Of a stretch of 64,000 bases of DNA, positions 54,701 to 64,000 are shown in pieces. The position numbers were made by a program, and so were the translations under genes. The notes beneath the pieces are model-generated. The model had not been told where the DNA came from. It did not search any database and saw nothing but the letters and a program-made list of their open reading frames with translations. The DNA is taken from contig NC_092675.1 in the NCBI RefSeq assembly GCF_964355755.1, positions 17,022,912-17,086,911 on the forward strand, in the 5' to 3' direction. Position 1 is the first letter of the stretch. Each line of letters begins with the position of its first letter. This DNA comes from Antedon mediterranea. Lineage: Eukaryota; Animalia; Echinodermata.

Positions 54701-56662
54701 GTCCTTTTAATAAACACAATCTCCAGCGCGATCTATCATCTAAATAACTCTTAATATTATTGCAAAAAGTTTATACTTACTGTTTGGTCTTGCCACACCC
54801 TATAACATTATCCATTATTTCGATTTTAGTTCTGCACATGATATTTTGTCAGCCTTAGTGAACATGCCAGATAACAACAGAGCAGTGGAGCTACTTATAC
54901 ATAATGCACAGGTATGGCATTTCTATTGATATACAGTATTATATACCAGCACCATTCAATTCACTGTATCCGATTGATTGATCGCCGGTCTTATTATTGC
55001 CATGCCATCGAACTATAGACCTGCTAAACTGCGCATATCTGTTTCCTTTATTATCTTCTTCAATACAATCGAATCCACACATGCTAGTCCTAGTCTAGCC
55101 TGCAGCTGACTTATTTTGAGGATTTAGTAAGTTTAGCGGCCAGTTAAAATATGAAGAAACAAATAAAGTATGCTTTGGTGAATATTTGTTGCATATCTGG
55201 AAGCGACGATTATCAAATGCAGGCCTTTTTTGTCTACTTCAACCAAGTCCATGTTATGCATTTGCTTCGGCCTAGCCTACAGCTAAATTACATGGTATGG
55301 TATATAAAACAAATATTTACTGGGCTTTCATCGAAACATGATAAAAAATATAGCCCTCAGTGATCTGGAGACTTTAATATATCCCTCGACTTCAGCTTGG
55401 GATATAGTATAGTCTCCAGATCACCTTGGGTTATATTTTTAACCATGCCCCTCAGCCCAGTCAATATCTGTATACTGTAGAACCTGTGACATCTTCTGAA
55501 GCTAACAAAGTGTTCCCTTAAATGAGAATTGTTAACATTATTTAATTTGTAGATATTTAATGTTGATGATACACCAGTAGAAGACATCATGTCTAGCTCC
55601 AACAACCCTTCTAGTCCAAGAATAAAACATTGTAAGTATACTAACATAGCTTGCCTGAAAGCTCTGCTTTTTCTTGCTTTTTTATTTTATCGGAACTTGA
55701 TTTAGTAATTTCCCTTTGGATAAATTTGTTTAATATATATTGCTTAACTATGAATCTATCAATTTATAAACAATTTTTTTTCTTTTTTAGCGTCTCTAAA
55801 CCAATCCTCCAACAACTCAACTGACGATCGTGGAAGTAAAAAGAAAAGAAAACCATTTAAATTGCGAACGCCACAAACAGAAGAATCTGATGGCGATGAT
55901 GAATCTGGCTATCTTGAATGTAAGACTCTTCATTCAAGTCATATTTATTTTACTTTTATCGATAATACCTATTCGTAAAATGTATGAAATTAATGGTAAA
56001 TTATTGCATTACATAAGGAAAGTCCATCAGAAGCCTGTTTTCTGGAAAATGTATATATTAAATGTATTTAAAAAAATCATTATTTTTCTTTTTTGTGTGA
56101 ATAACACAAAATCGAGAAATTTATATCACACCTTTAGACTGCGGACTGGCCCGGGAACGGAATCGGTATATCTATTCAAATTACAAAATAGCCTATTCTT
56201 CAGAATTCTTCATGTTTTGGGGGACAATATATCTTTAAGTAAATAAAATAAATGTTATTTTTTAATTTAATTTTGTATATTAAATAACTTTTGTTTTACC
56301 GAATAGCTGGCGTTTGGGTTGGTGATAACATAAATTGTAAGCAAGACCTTCTTACGCCAACACCAACTCCTCCACCAAGAAAAACAAATTCACCGAAACA
56401 GAAAAGGTTAGGATCACCTAGTGCTGTAGTATTTCGATCTAAAGTAAGTCCAAGTCAGGAACACAATAGATTATCAGCACCACCACCAGTCAATATTGTT
56501 CGACACCAAGAAGTTGAAAGGTCAATGAGTGCCCCGATTGATGAATCATCATCTCATTCAGAAGGTTTACCGGGAATGGTTAGCGTACCAACGTCCCCGA
56601 GTGAAACGTTGGGTTTAAAGCCAAGTCCTGGTAGTAAGCGGCGGGAACCACGATTTGTGTGA
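18577..56662 (+). CDS. ARHGAP45: Rho GTPase-activating protein of the ARHGAP45(HMHA1)/ARHGAP29/GMIP family (F-BAR, C1, RhoGAP), 24 coding exons, ~1153 aa
   Basis: The 24 exons sum to 3462 nt in one open frame with GT-AG junctions. Motifs: VSEYLMGDV; F-BAR ALDRAKVWSKYAKDIINFVEKR; C1 SKAALTHNIRKL..PSKCRECD...CHRKCLEILAIQCG; GAP GIYRCPG...NVLKHYLRQLPEPL...NGMTASNLGIVFGPNL; C-terminal PRFV. Symbol is approximate because one invertebrate gene likely corresponds to all three vertebrate paralogues. Confidence 0.88.
21361..21876 (+). repeat. 46-bp minisatellite, ~11 copies
   Basis: Unit AGTCTACACCTTGTAGTAGGGCTGGGTGCTTAATGTACTAGTAGTA, head-to-tail. Confidence 0.95.
25857..25965 (+). mobile_element. 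Decayed tRNA-derived SINE
   Basis: A-box-like GGTAGCTGAGTGGTTAG and core-like CCACTCAGCTGT...AAATGAGTACCTG. Confidence 0.45.
26272..26459. mobile_element. P-element-like MITE, 188 bp
   Basis: Perfect 16-bp TIR CAAGGCAATCTAACAG / CTGTTAGATTGCCTTG; 7-bp TSD GTTCCAT; internal 11-bp inverted repeat. Confidence 0.75.
27416..27672 (+). repeat. ~30-bp GC-rich minisatellite, ~8 copies
   Basis: Unit approximately GAACTGGGTGCCTCCTACCCTAGGTCATCCT. Confidence 0.9.
30284..30412 (+). CDS. RhoGAP candidate alternative first coding exon
   Basis: MMKLSMRTLISSPPCFRRRTESIATSLASEIEIEDDNFTPLSH|GTaggt, phase 0. Confidence 0.45.
33351..33681 (+). CDS. RhoGAP exon
   Basis: poly-T AG|ESDTSSQ...QEEILHLTREVRQFQEALGAMRGIFSEDE|GT. 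Confidence 0.85.
33965..34108 (+). CDS. RhoGAP exon
   Basis: LTESIQCKIQEQLKELLCILRSTLNRYPAL...LIKQVE|GTaag. Confidence 0.88.
35362..36330. mobile_element. TGT...ACA element with long repeat-built TIRs and 5-bp TSD (Ginger-like)
   Basis: TSD CCTGT (35357-35361, 36331-36335); ~150-200-bp TIRs made of GCTAATGTAGAA units; centre holds GACCACCTCT units in both orientations. Confidence 0.8.
39564..39645 (+). CDS. RhoGAP exon
   Basis: LFNDLNVPDKSKYFNAVDELASSFST. Confidence 0.85.
40416..40482 (+). CDS. RhoGAP exon
   Basis: VSEYLMGDVEQQYSASPILNAK. Confidence 0.88.
42395..42482 (-). mobile_element. SINE-like fragment with B box
   Basis: Reverse strand GGGTTCGAGTCCCACCCGAG; no cloverleaf. Confidence 0.4.
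43527..43614 (+). CDS. RhoGAP exon
   Basis: SYDTIISGLNNNTESGLGPHSHLDVTEGR; supplies the phase 0 to 1 change the model requires. Confidence 0.75.
44856..45005 (+). CDS. RhoGAP exon (F-BAR start)
   Basis: LEKTLFEVDQGVEIALDRAKVWSKYAKDIINFVEKRMHY. Confidence 0.9.
45853..45962 (+). CDS. RhoGAP exon (F-BAR)
   Basis: MEYTKNLAKLAMTTKPILKQGRFLAFQTAFICSLDQ. Confidence 0.9.
46430..46495 (+). CDS. RhoGAP exon (F-BAR)
   Basis: DVEYATNCEATCNQISGHKFVE. Confidence 0.85.
46994..47074 (+). CDS. RhoGAP exon (F-BAR)
   Basis: QLEQRKLEHDKRRKEVRIRWHKMKKEM. Confidence 0.88.
47500..47630 (+). mobile_element. Decayed SINE core (Deu/Nin/Meta-like)
   Basis: GGATTAAAGGACTGTAAACTGTAGGTTCAGTGTAC...TGCACTTTAAAGAAGCC resembles recalled conserved SINE central domains. 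Confidence 0.35.
47786..48043 (+). CDS. RhoGAP exon (F-BAR)
   Basis: NDCKSNVEKSKQQYHTRHLEYEKARE...EKRRKLEDEA...CIAEANRKQQDMSNLK. Confidence 0.9.
48204..48263 (+). CDS. RhoGAP exon
   Basis: KELIIDLRESLDHCDQTMKA. Confidence 0.88.
48278..49539. mobile_element. PIF/Harbinger-like non-autonomous element with nested hAT-like end
   Basis: ~33-bp TIR GGCCAAATAAAAAAACATACTTGTTAAGCGTCAC / GTGACGCTTAACAAGTATTTTTTTTTATTTGGCC; TAA TSD; internal CAGGGCTCAAAATT end at ~48409. Confidence 0.8.
50277..50333 (+). CDS. RhoGAP exon
   Basis: VTANYFQLQYTLSAPSPVQ. Confidence 0.87.
50816..50961 (+). CDS. RhoGAP exon
   Basis: FDSLCESTKTYEPGFQFSEYVR...FVFEPYTK. Confidence 0.88.
51245..51327 (+). CDS. RhoGAP exon
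   Basis: YPNKQRKHSSQSIEGDRPPVSGWYLGK; phase-consistent. Confidence 0.75.
51468..51665 (+). CDS. RhoGAP exon
   Basis: AWAPSVVVEDPNSTSGSSNHESSPSASP...SSEDELDD. Confidence 0.82.
52254..52588 (+). CDS. RhoGAP exon (C1 domain and GAP start)
   Basis: LSKAALTHNIRKLLGPSKCRECD...CHRKCLEILAIQCG...VFGVPL...VPFILTKCI. Confidence 0.93.
53074..53211 (+). CDS. RhoGAP exon (arginine finger)
   Basis: GIYRCPGLKLKVEKLCQTFENGGDLVDLSETSPHLISNVLKHYLRQ. Confidence 0.93.
53691..53872 (+). CDS. RhoGAP exon
   Basis: LPEPLLTSKFYPQF...LPLANYLSLKELFLHLK. Confidence 0.92.
53996..54073 (+). CDS. RhoGAP exon
   Basis: VTLHEKRNGMTASNLGIVFGPNLIK. Confidence 0.92.
54830..54911 (+). CDS. RhoGAP exon
   Basis: SAHDILSALVNMPDNNRAVELLIHNAQ. 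Confidence 0.87.
55553..55631 (+). CDS. RhoGAP exon
   Basis: IFNVDDTPVEDIMSSSNNPSSPRIKH. Confidence 0.8.
55791..55919 (+). CDS. RhoGAP exon
   Basis: SLNQSSNNSTDDRGSKKKRKPFKLRTPQTEESDGDDESGYLE. Confidence 0.78.
56307..56662 (+). CDS. RhoGAP last coding exon
   Basis: Pro/Ser-rich tail ending SKRREPRFV-TGA. Confidence 0.85.
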
Positions 56663-56868
56663 CTGTTGATAAATGTAAAGATTTTATAATGCAATATAGT
56701 TAGTTGTTTCATATGATCTTAGTTTCTGTAAAATAGTGCTTTTTGGTCTATCATTGCTACAGGCTACCTCCAGGTTTATATTTGGTTATTGTTTGATATA
56801 AAACACAGCTATAGGCCCTTTTTACTAGTGTTAAATTTGAAAAAAATCTTGTTTACCACTAGTAGTAA

Positions 56869-57015
56869 CAGTTTATACACATTGTTTTCATACTTCCATC
56901 TATTTATTGTGATGTGAAAAGTGTGGAACCTATCGGAGCTCAGTTTATACACATTGTTTTCATACTTCCATCTATTTATTGTGATGTGAAAAGTGTTGAA
57001 CCTATCGGAGCTCAG
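56869..57015 (+). repeat. 72-bp tandem duplication in the probable RhoGAP 3' UTR
   Basis: Two copies with one mismatch. Confidence 0.9.
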
Positions 57016-58172
57016 AATTGTTTGATTCTTCTAAATTGAGTCATCTAGTTGAAAACATTCTTGAAGAAACAACTATGGTGTTTCAATTCAAATTTTTTTT
57101 TATCAAACAATAGTCTTTTTAAAGGCTTGGAAAAATAATTGTTGTGGTACCTGAGCATTTCGGCCACTGGTTATGCAATACCTAAATTCATAGTGTGCCA
57201 TTCACGTCACATTTTACTCACAATTGTCTGTATTGAGCACAAGAGTTAGGCAGGCTACCTAACGTTGTCTTTACGCATCATTGCATTGAGGAATGTTTTT
57301 AGGGAGGAGGTACTTCTTTCTAAATGGACATGATAATTACTTTGCCTTTATGGCACACCATGATTTTGGACATTCCATACTCGGCAGCCCAAATATTTGA
57401 TCTTCACTGTGACCATTTTGTGCCTTTGAGTCAAAAGATCAAACTTCTAAGATAAAAACACTCTGCCAATATGAGTTATTGAAAATTTATGCTGGATTTA
57501 GGAAAAACAAGTTTTAAACATGATGTTTTTAGATTTAAATTAACATACGATTTTAAGGCATCCTTATGTCTATGTACTGTTTTCCAATTTAAACTTTATT
57601 TTATGAATATGTTTCCAAGCCATTCCAGCATCCGACACTTTAAGAAGTATCTTATATTTTCAATACAGTTCTTTTCTTTGGTGGCTCATATTTTAAGATT
57701 TTGTTTATAATTAATTAAACTTTTTTTTAAACTGTTGTACATTAAAATATTATTAGAATATTTTAAAGGTTTTTTTAATTTGGGCATTATTTTGTGATCT
57801 AAAGATCGCCTTTAAATATAAAAGTATACATACATTGTTATGAAGGTTATATAGAGATGTAGAGATATAATGTCAGAAATACATATAGGCCTATTTATAC
57901 ATACTGCATCGCTCATTCAAATAGGTTTATGCATTTGTATATACGTATATAGATTTGTACTATATAGATATATGTTTAGAAAAGATGATTTAAAATTAAT
58001 ATTTATACCAAATTCTGTATATATTATGTATAATGCGTATTGAATTACCACAACAAATAACTTGAAGAAGAGGAGGACGCTATAGTTATAAACAAGTGAT
58101 AATTATCTATATTAAGAACAAGCGTTTGTTGTTATAAAAATGTTAGTTATTGATATCAAAATGACCGAAATG

Positions 58173-58287
58173 TACCTGGAATAGTTTAAAAATACAAAGA
58201 CGGTACATTCTACCTGGAATAGTTTAAAAATACGAAGACGGTACATTCTACCTGGAATAGTTTAAAAATATGAAGACGGTACATTCT
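58173..58287 (+). repeat. 38-bp tandem repeat x3
   Basis: TACCTGGAATAGTTTAAAAATAC(A/G)AAGACGGTACATTC. Confidence 0.9.
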
Positions 58288-59228
58288 CAGCCATACTTTT
58301 TATTAATTTCTTTTTGGAAACAGTAGTAGGAGGAATGGGTCATGGCGTAATATTTTACGTTTACTCATATACTGGTTTTGTATTTGTATTTTATAATTAC
58401 TTACTAGTTTTGCTCATTTGATAAGAAATTAATTCATGATCTACAGACAAAGTGGTGCAATAAAACAGTATTTCTCATACTGTATCTTGTCCAACATTTT
58501 TACAATTTTCATGTTATTTTGTAAATTGTGCAAAATTTTGATTTAATAATTCAAATTTCTGTTGCTGCCTGATTGATAACAGAATGATAAAATAATTGGT
58601 GCTATATTTTTATGGAGACCCACATAATTGCTCTAATTATGCATAAATTGACTGTGCTATTTTATATGATTATTATTGTTTTATTATTTTTAATTTTGAT
58701 ACAATTTGTTCCTATTAGTCTATATTATTTTGTTGTTGTAGTTACTGTATTATTTACAGTAGTCATTTAAAGCTAAATAATAACTACAGAAGAATTTTAA
58801 AAAGTAATTAGTAAATTGTATTGCAAAAATGCAATTATTATTGTTATATATGAAAGTTCCATATTAATGCAAATTAAAGCCGTTTTTGTTGTTGTTGTTG
58901 TAGGCCTAATAACATTTGGCAACAAATTTATTTTTACAGAACCTGCGGTTTAAACATCTGTTTCTCTCGTTTACCATAGAAAAAAAGGTTTTTGGTAAAG
59001 CTAATTGCATTATATATTTTCACAATTTCTATTATTTACTATATAATGATATGTTTGCGTTTCATTTAACGTTTACTACATTGAGTAGAATGTATCTATT
59101 TTGCGAGAATTGAAACCATCGTTGTAGGAATAGATAGAATAAAGATTAACTGACTACTTTACTGTATTTTGTGATGCGCAAAAAAAGTATTTCGCCAAGA
59201 TGGAAAACATGTTATTGATTCTTTGTTC

Positions 59229-59345
59229 AGCTTGGTTCTCACTAGGAAGCAACGCAAAAACGTCAACGCAACGCAATCGCTTGTGATTGGTCAACTCACT
59301 TACATTGCGTTACGTCCTTCTATTGTGTCTCTAGTGGGAAGAAGT
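59229..59345. mobile_element. Harbinger-like MITE family member; related fragments ~8222-8320 and ~29508-29640
   Basis: Shared GCTTGTGATTGGTCAACTCACTT core and AGCTTGGTT(C/T)...CTAG / AGTGGGAAC..AGCT ends. Confidence 0.55.
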
Positions 59346-59826
59346 GGGAATTAGCGTTTTTTTTAATTTGCAACACCATCTGGTTGCTAACGTCTGAAAT
59401 AAGGAATTAGAACAATGATGTGCAACATTAATAGGGATGGATCAACATTTTTGTTATGTAAATACAAAATGTATATATATACTGTTTATAATATAGTTGT
59501 AAAAATAACTCTTTATGTTTTAGCCACGAAAAGACTGAGACATAAACCTGTAAATTAAAGAAAAGAACACTTATTTAATGAATATTAGATTTCGATAAAA
59601 TGTAGTTTTAATTTAAATAAAATATTACAAATGTATACTAATAAGGCATGTCTAGATTGGAATAGAAAGAGAAGATAGTTGAGGCCTTTATGTATATGTA
59701 CATCCAGTCAACATATTTTTAGGATGATTATAAATACAATTCATGAAAATCTATTATGTTATTTGTACTTTTGTTGGATTGCTGTGTTTGCTATTGTACC
59801 CGATTCCCAGTACTGTATCTCCACAT

Positions 59827-60848
59827 TTCAAGAACTTAGCAAGCTTGACCTACATGGAAAGGATCTTCGATTGTTGCAAAATTTGTACTGGAATCAGACT
59901 GCATGCACGAGGGTAGATGGGTAGTGCAGTGACTACACAAGTATTGGAAGAGGAGTGAGACAGGGGTACGTGTCACCAGACTTGTTTAACTACTATAGCG
60001 AGTTGATCTTGAGGCAGCTAGAGAATAAGAAGGGTTTGAGAGTATGTGGTAGAAATATTACAATATATGCAGATGACACAGTTCTACTGGCAGAGTCAGT
60101 TGAAGATCTCCAACGGTTGCTGAATGTGGTTGTAGTAAAGAGTGAAAGAATGGGTCTGTCTATAAATTGTAGTAAGACAGAGTGTTTAGTAGTGTCAACA
60201 AAGGAGAGTTCAACATGTAACCTTCAAACAAGAGACCAGATAATTCAGCAGGTGTCCTCTTTTAACTATCTTGGAAGCAAAATAACAGATTATGCCAGGT
60301 GTGTAACGGATAAGTCCTTGCGAAAGCCGCATTTGGAGAAATGGAGAATATCTTGAAGAACTATGCGATGAGTATGGAAACCAGGTTGCGTGTATTAAAC
60401 CGCTACATCTATCTTGTGCTGATGTATGGAAGTGAAGCCTGGTCAATCACAACTGACCTCAGAAAAAGATTGTAAAGCTGTGAGATGTGGTTTCTAAGGA
60501 AAATGATGAGAATTTCATGGACAGATAGAGTTAATAATGAAGATGTGCTGATAAGATGGAGTGTGCAGGAAACTACTGAAGGATATTAGGATTAGACAGA
60601 TGAGATTCGTGGGATGGGACATGTGTTGAGGAAGGGAGGTCTGGAGAACTTGGCATTAACTGGAAAGATAGAAGGACGAAGGGGCAGGGGGAGAAAAAGA
60701 GTCACTTGGTTGGCCAGCATAGCTGAATGGATTCGGAATAGAGGTGAGAATACCAAAGAAGTGAAGTTGCTGAAAATGGCAATAGACAGGGAATTGTGGC
60801 ACAACATGATTGCCACAGTTTCATGATATGGCACTTCGAGAGAGAAAA
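59827..60848 (+). mobile_element. 5'-truncated, inactivated RTE-clade LINE
   Basis: RT motifs GVRQG..SPDLFN.YSE, YADDTVLLAES, INCSKT, FNYLGS, LMYGSEAW, CEMWFLRKM, GHVLR..GLENLALTGKIEGRRGRGR; stops and frameshifts; GAGA tail; 11-bp TSD TATCTCCACAT (59816-59826, 60849-60859). Confidence 0.92.
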
Positions 60849-61719
60849 TATCTCCACATATGTCTATTCCCGAATTCAAAGGAATATTTGTTAATACAGC
60901 ATCTCAACAACTAACATTTTCTCCAGTTCCAGCGGAACATTCTCATTGGTATCAATTGCATCTATTTATGTGTTACGTCATCCAAATTAGGACACGCTAT
61001 GAATTACGTCATTTGCATTTCGTTACTCATTACAACACTGCTGACGTACTGGCGACAAGGGTAACTGGGGCGTGACATGTCATTCTGAAGGTGTGACTGG
61101 TCGCGAACACACCGCGGAATTTTCAAACGTTTTTTTTTCAGGTACGTAATATTTCTATTTCAATAACAACCTACTCTCATTAATATTGTTGAATCTCGCG
61201 TAATACTCCTTACTGTCCATTCTCCTTATCACAATTCAAACATGCTAGATTAGTGAAATAATACTGTTATAAAGATATGCTCAGAATTAGTAAAAGGTTG
61301 AAAAAATTGCAACAGAATTGTTTTCACCACAAAGCATTTCTATAAAAAAAATCCAGGTAGGGGAAATAGGTTTTTTTTTTAAAAATGGCCGGCAATGGCG
61401 AAAAATGTTTAAAAATCAGCCAAAAACATATATTGTTTATCTAATTACCACTAGATAGCAGTTTTTATTATGCTTTTTATATTTCTTTTAGTTTCAAACA
61501 TTTCAACTGCAATATACATATTAATTTAAGTGCTATTTGGCAGCAAAAACACACATTTAAGTATCAAGATATCACCACGGTTATAATAATAGACAACGTA
61601 GTCCTATGCATTATAATACAGGACTAAGATGTCTAATAAAACAGTTCATTTACATTTTGTACTGTCACAAAAATAGAATTATACAATCTTACAATCTATT
61701 AATCCATTCATTTTCATTG

Positions 61720-62640
61720 TCCATTCATCCTCTGTCTAAAGGTAGAAATTGAGCATGTGCTGATGCCGTGGTATTCTTCATAAACAGTGGTACTGACAGA
61801 CTGTCATCAATGGACACATCACGCCATTTGTAACTTTTCATCCCCAGTCTGTAGGTTGAAGAGTATTTTCTATCCACTGCTGTACCATGGTAATAGACAC
61901 GCAATGCAAAGCTTTTATTTCAAGTGCTGTTTTGGTTTTTGCTACTTTCTCCCAGAACGTATTTCTCCATACAGTATATAGCTAGCTACCAATGCCAATT
62001 CCCCTTATGCGATGATTTCTCTTTTTTATTTGAGACGTTTGGTTTTACAGAGTTTGTAAGCATACTACTGCAGGTGTGATGACTTTTTAAGACTAACACC
62101 TTTTCCTATACCAAATAGATAGGATGTAGTATCACATCCCTGGATTCCATGTATAAAAAGCAAATTAATTTTTCACACCAATGAAAGACTATACAAGCAT
62201 TCACAGTGCTCCCCCATCGAGAACATACGGTATTAAATCAATGAATGAAGCAACCGTGACAGAATATTAATTAAAGAAGAAAGAACTTATTATTATTACA
62301 CTATGGGTCAAAATCAGCCATATTCATCAATAGAGAAGCAGTGCACATCTCTCTCACATTACTATTTCATCATTGATGGCTATGAGAGACAGTCATACAC
62401 ATGCATCATTTGTTGAAAAAGAACCTTGTACTTTTCCTGCAGCCCTGTTTACTCCATACACATACTGCTAGACTACTCAGAAATCTTCATCTCACTGCCC
62501 ACTGTATGTTATCAATGGGGAGCACTGCTACATCAAACCACTTGGCCCAAAACAGCAACATTTTAAGACATTTATTATGTACCGTGCATGTTTGTTACGT
62601 TTTGTGAAGGCAAAGTAAACTCTTGTGTTTAATGGCTATA
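61720..62640 (-). pseudogene. AcademX-like transposase remnant (XPG-like nuclease region), minus copy
   Basis: Minus strand NLLFIHGIQGCDTTSYLFGIGKG...GELALVA and VQQWIENTLQPTDWG.KVTNG; many stops and deletions. Confidence 0.7.
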
Positions 62641-62659
62641 ATTATGGGCCGTAAGTAAA

Positions 62660-63125
62660 TTTGGTTTAGGAAAAGGTGTTAGTCTTAAAAATCATCACAT
62701 CACAGAGTAGTATGTCAAATTCTGTAAACCAAACAGTTTCCAAAAAAAAAAGAGAGAAAACATTGCATCAGAGGAATTTGGCATTGGTAGCTATATATGG
62801 ACGGAAGTCAATGGAGACTTTAGACAGCCTACTTTTCTGTGACAAAGTTGCAAAAAGCAAAATGTCAGTTTAAAAATAATCTATTCCCTCAAAATGCTGC
62901 AAAATTTCATTACGTGAGTCTTTCTACCAGGTATAGCAGTGGATAGGAAATACTCTTCAACCCACAGACTGGGGATGGAAAGTTACAGATGGCATGATGT
63001 GTTTATTGATGACAAATTTACTACCAGCACCAGAGAAACTATTACAGTTGATTAGATGTACCTGCAAATAAGGTTGTAGTAAAATGAATTGCAATTGCAG
63101 AAAATTCATAATTCTATTACAAATT
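62660..63125 (+). pseudogene. AcademX-like transposase C-terminal remnant (Cys-rich finger), plus copy
   Basis: FGLGKGVSLK...FYQV.QWIGNTLQPTDWGWKVTDG...PAPEKLLQLIRCTCK.GCSKMNCNCRK. Confidence 0.72.
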
Positions 63126-63274
63126 GAGATGTGTTATAATACAATATTGTGTATAATAATATGCATGTGTGGCGGGACGTATCTTCGAGGAAATAAATTC
63201 ATTCCTTAGGAAGGACTAACACTATTGTTTTGTGGTTAAGTTTTGATTTAGGTATGTGCTTATTTACTTATTTA

Positions 63275-64000
63275 CGCTTTTGATGCACGTTATTGCGACG
63301 TCAATCCCCATTGACATCTATCGCATCCTTTTCGACACGTTTTTGATCCACCGTATTGCGACGTAACGTGTCATTCATATTGGTATCTATCGTATCTTTT
63401 CCAACACGCCTTTGATGCAAGGTATTGTGAACGTCTCATTCTCATTGGTATCTATCTCATCTTTTCTGACACGCCTTTGGTGCACGGTATTGCGACGTAA
63501 CGTGTCATTCTCATTGGTATCTATCGTATCTTTTCCAACACGCCTTTGATGCAAGGTATTGCGACGTACGTCTCATTCTCATTGGTATCTATCTCATCTT
63601 TTCTGACACGCCTTTAATGCACGGTATTGCGACGTAACGTCTCATTCTCATTGGTATCTATCTCATCTTTTCCAACACGCCTTTAATGCACGGTATTGCG
63701 ACGTAACGTCTCATTCTCATTGGTATCTATCTCATCTTTTCCAACACGCCTTTGATGCAAGGTATTGCGACGTACGTCTCATTCTCATTGGTATCTATCT
63801 CATCTTTTCCAACACGCCTTTAATGCACGGTATTGCGACGTAACGTCTCATTCTCATTGGTATCTATCTCATCCTTTCCAACACGCCTTTGGTGCACGGT
63901 ATTGCGACGTAACGTGTCATTCTCATTGGTATCTATCTCATCTTTTCTGACACGCCTTTGATGCACGGTATTGCGACGTAACGTCTCATTCTCATTGGTA
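63275..64000 (+). repeat. 69-bp satellite array, at least 10 copies, continues past the window end
   Basis: Unit CATTCTCATTGGTATCTATCTCATCTTTTCCAACACGCCTTTAATGCACGGTATTGCGACGTAACGTCT. Confidence 0.95.

Noticed and set aside
55830-56246. 138-aa ORF as a separate gene
   Set aside because: Overlaps a RhoGAP exon in another frame and runs into AT-rich intron and MITE sequence.
63275-64000. CRISPR array or repeat-protein ORF (63765-63950)
   Set aside because: No spacers; the ORF is only a read-through of a 69-bp unit and is broken by stops and indels in other copies.

Overview
AT-rich, intron-containing animal (most likely invertebrate) genomic DNA, not prokaryotic; most ORFs in the supplied track are spurious. 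Two spliced + strand genes were reconstructed by hand from GT-AG junctions with consistent phases. (1) The last 7 coding exons of POMGNT1 (272-6294). (2) An apparently complete 24-exon F-BAR/C1/RhoGAP gene of the ARHGAP45(HMHA1)/ARHGAP29/GMIP family (18577-56662, about 1153 aa, ending in the PDZ-type tail PRFV), with a candidate alternative first exon at 30284. The rest is rich in transposon remnants. A decayed ~6.3 kb DIRS1-like tyrosine-recombinase retrotransposon (11003-17260) carries four nested insertions. Also present: hAT, Harbinger-like, Ginger-like, P-like and Academ-like non-autonomous elements, an RTE LINE with an 11-bp TSD, two head-to-head AcademX-like remnants and several mini/satellites. 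I found no evidence of a wholly new biological system. The best leads are the nested DIRS element, the inverted AcademX pair with its 69-bp array, a P-like MITE carrying two optimal TCF/LEF sites, and alternative 5' exons of the RhoGAP gene. Family assignments come from recalled motifs, not database searches.
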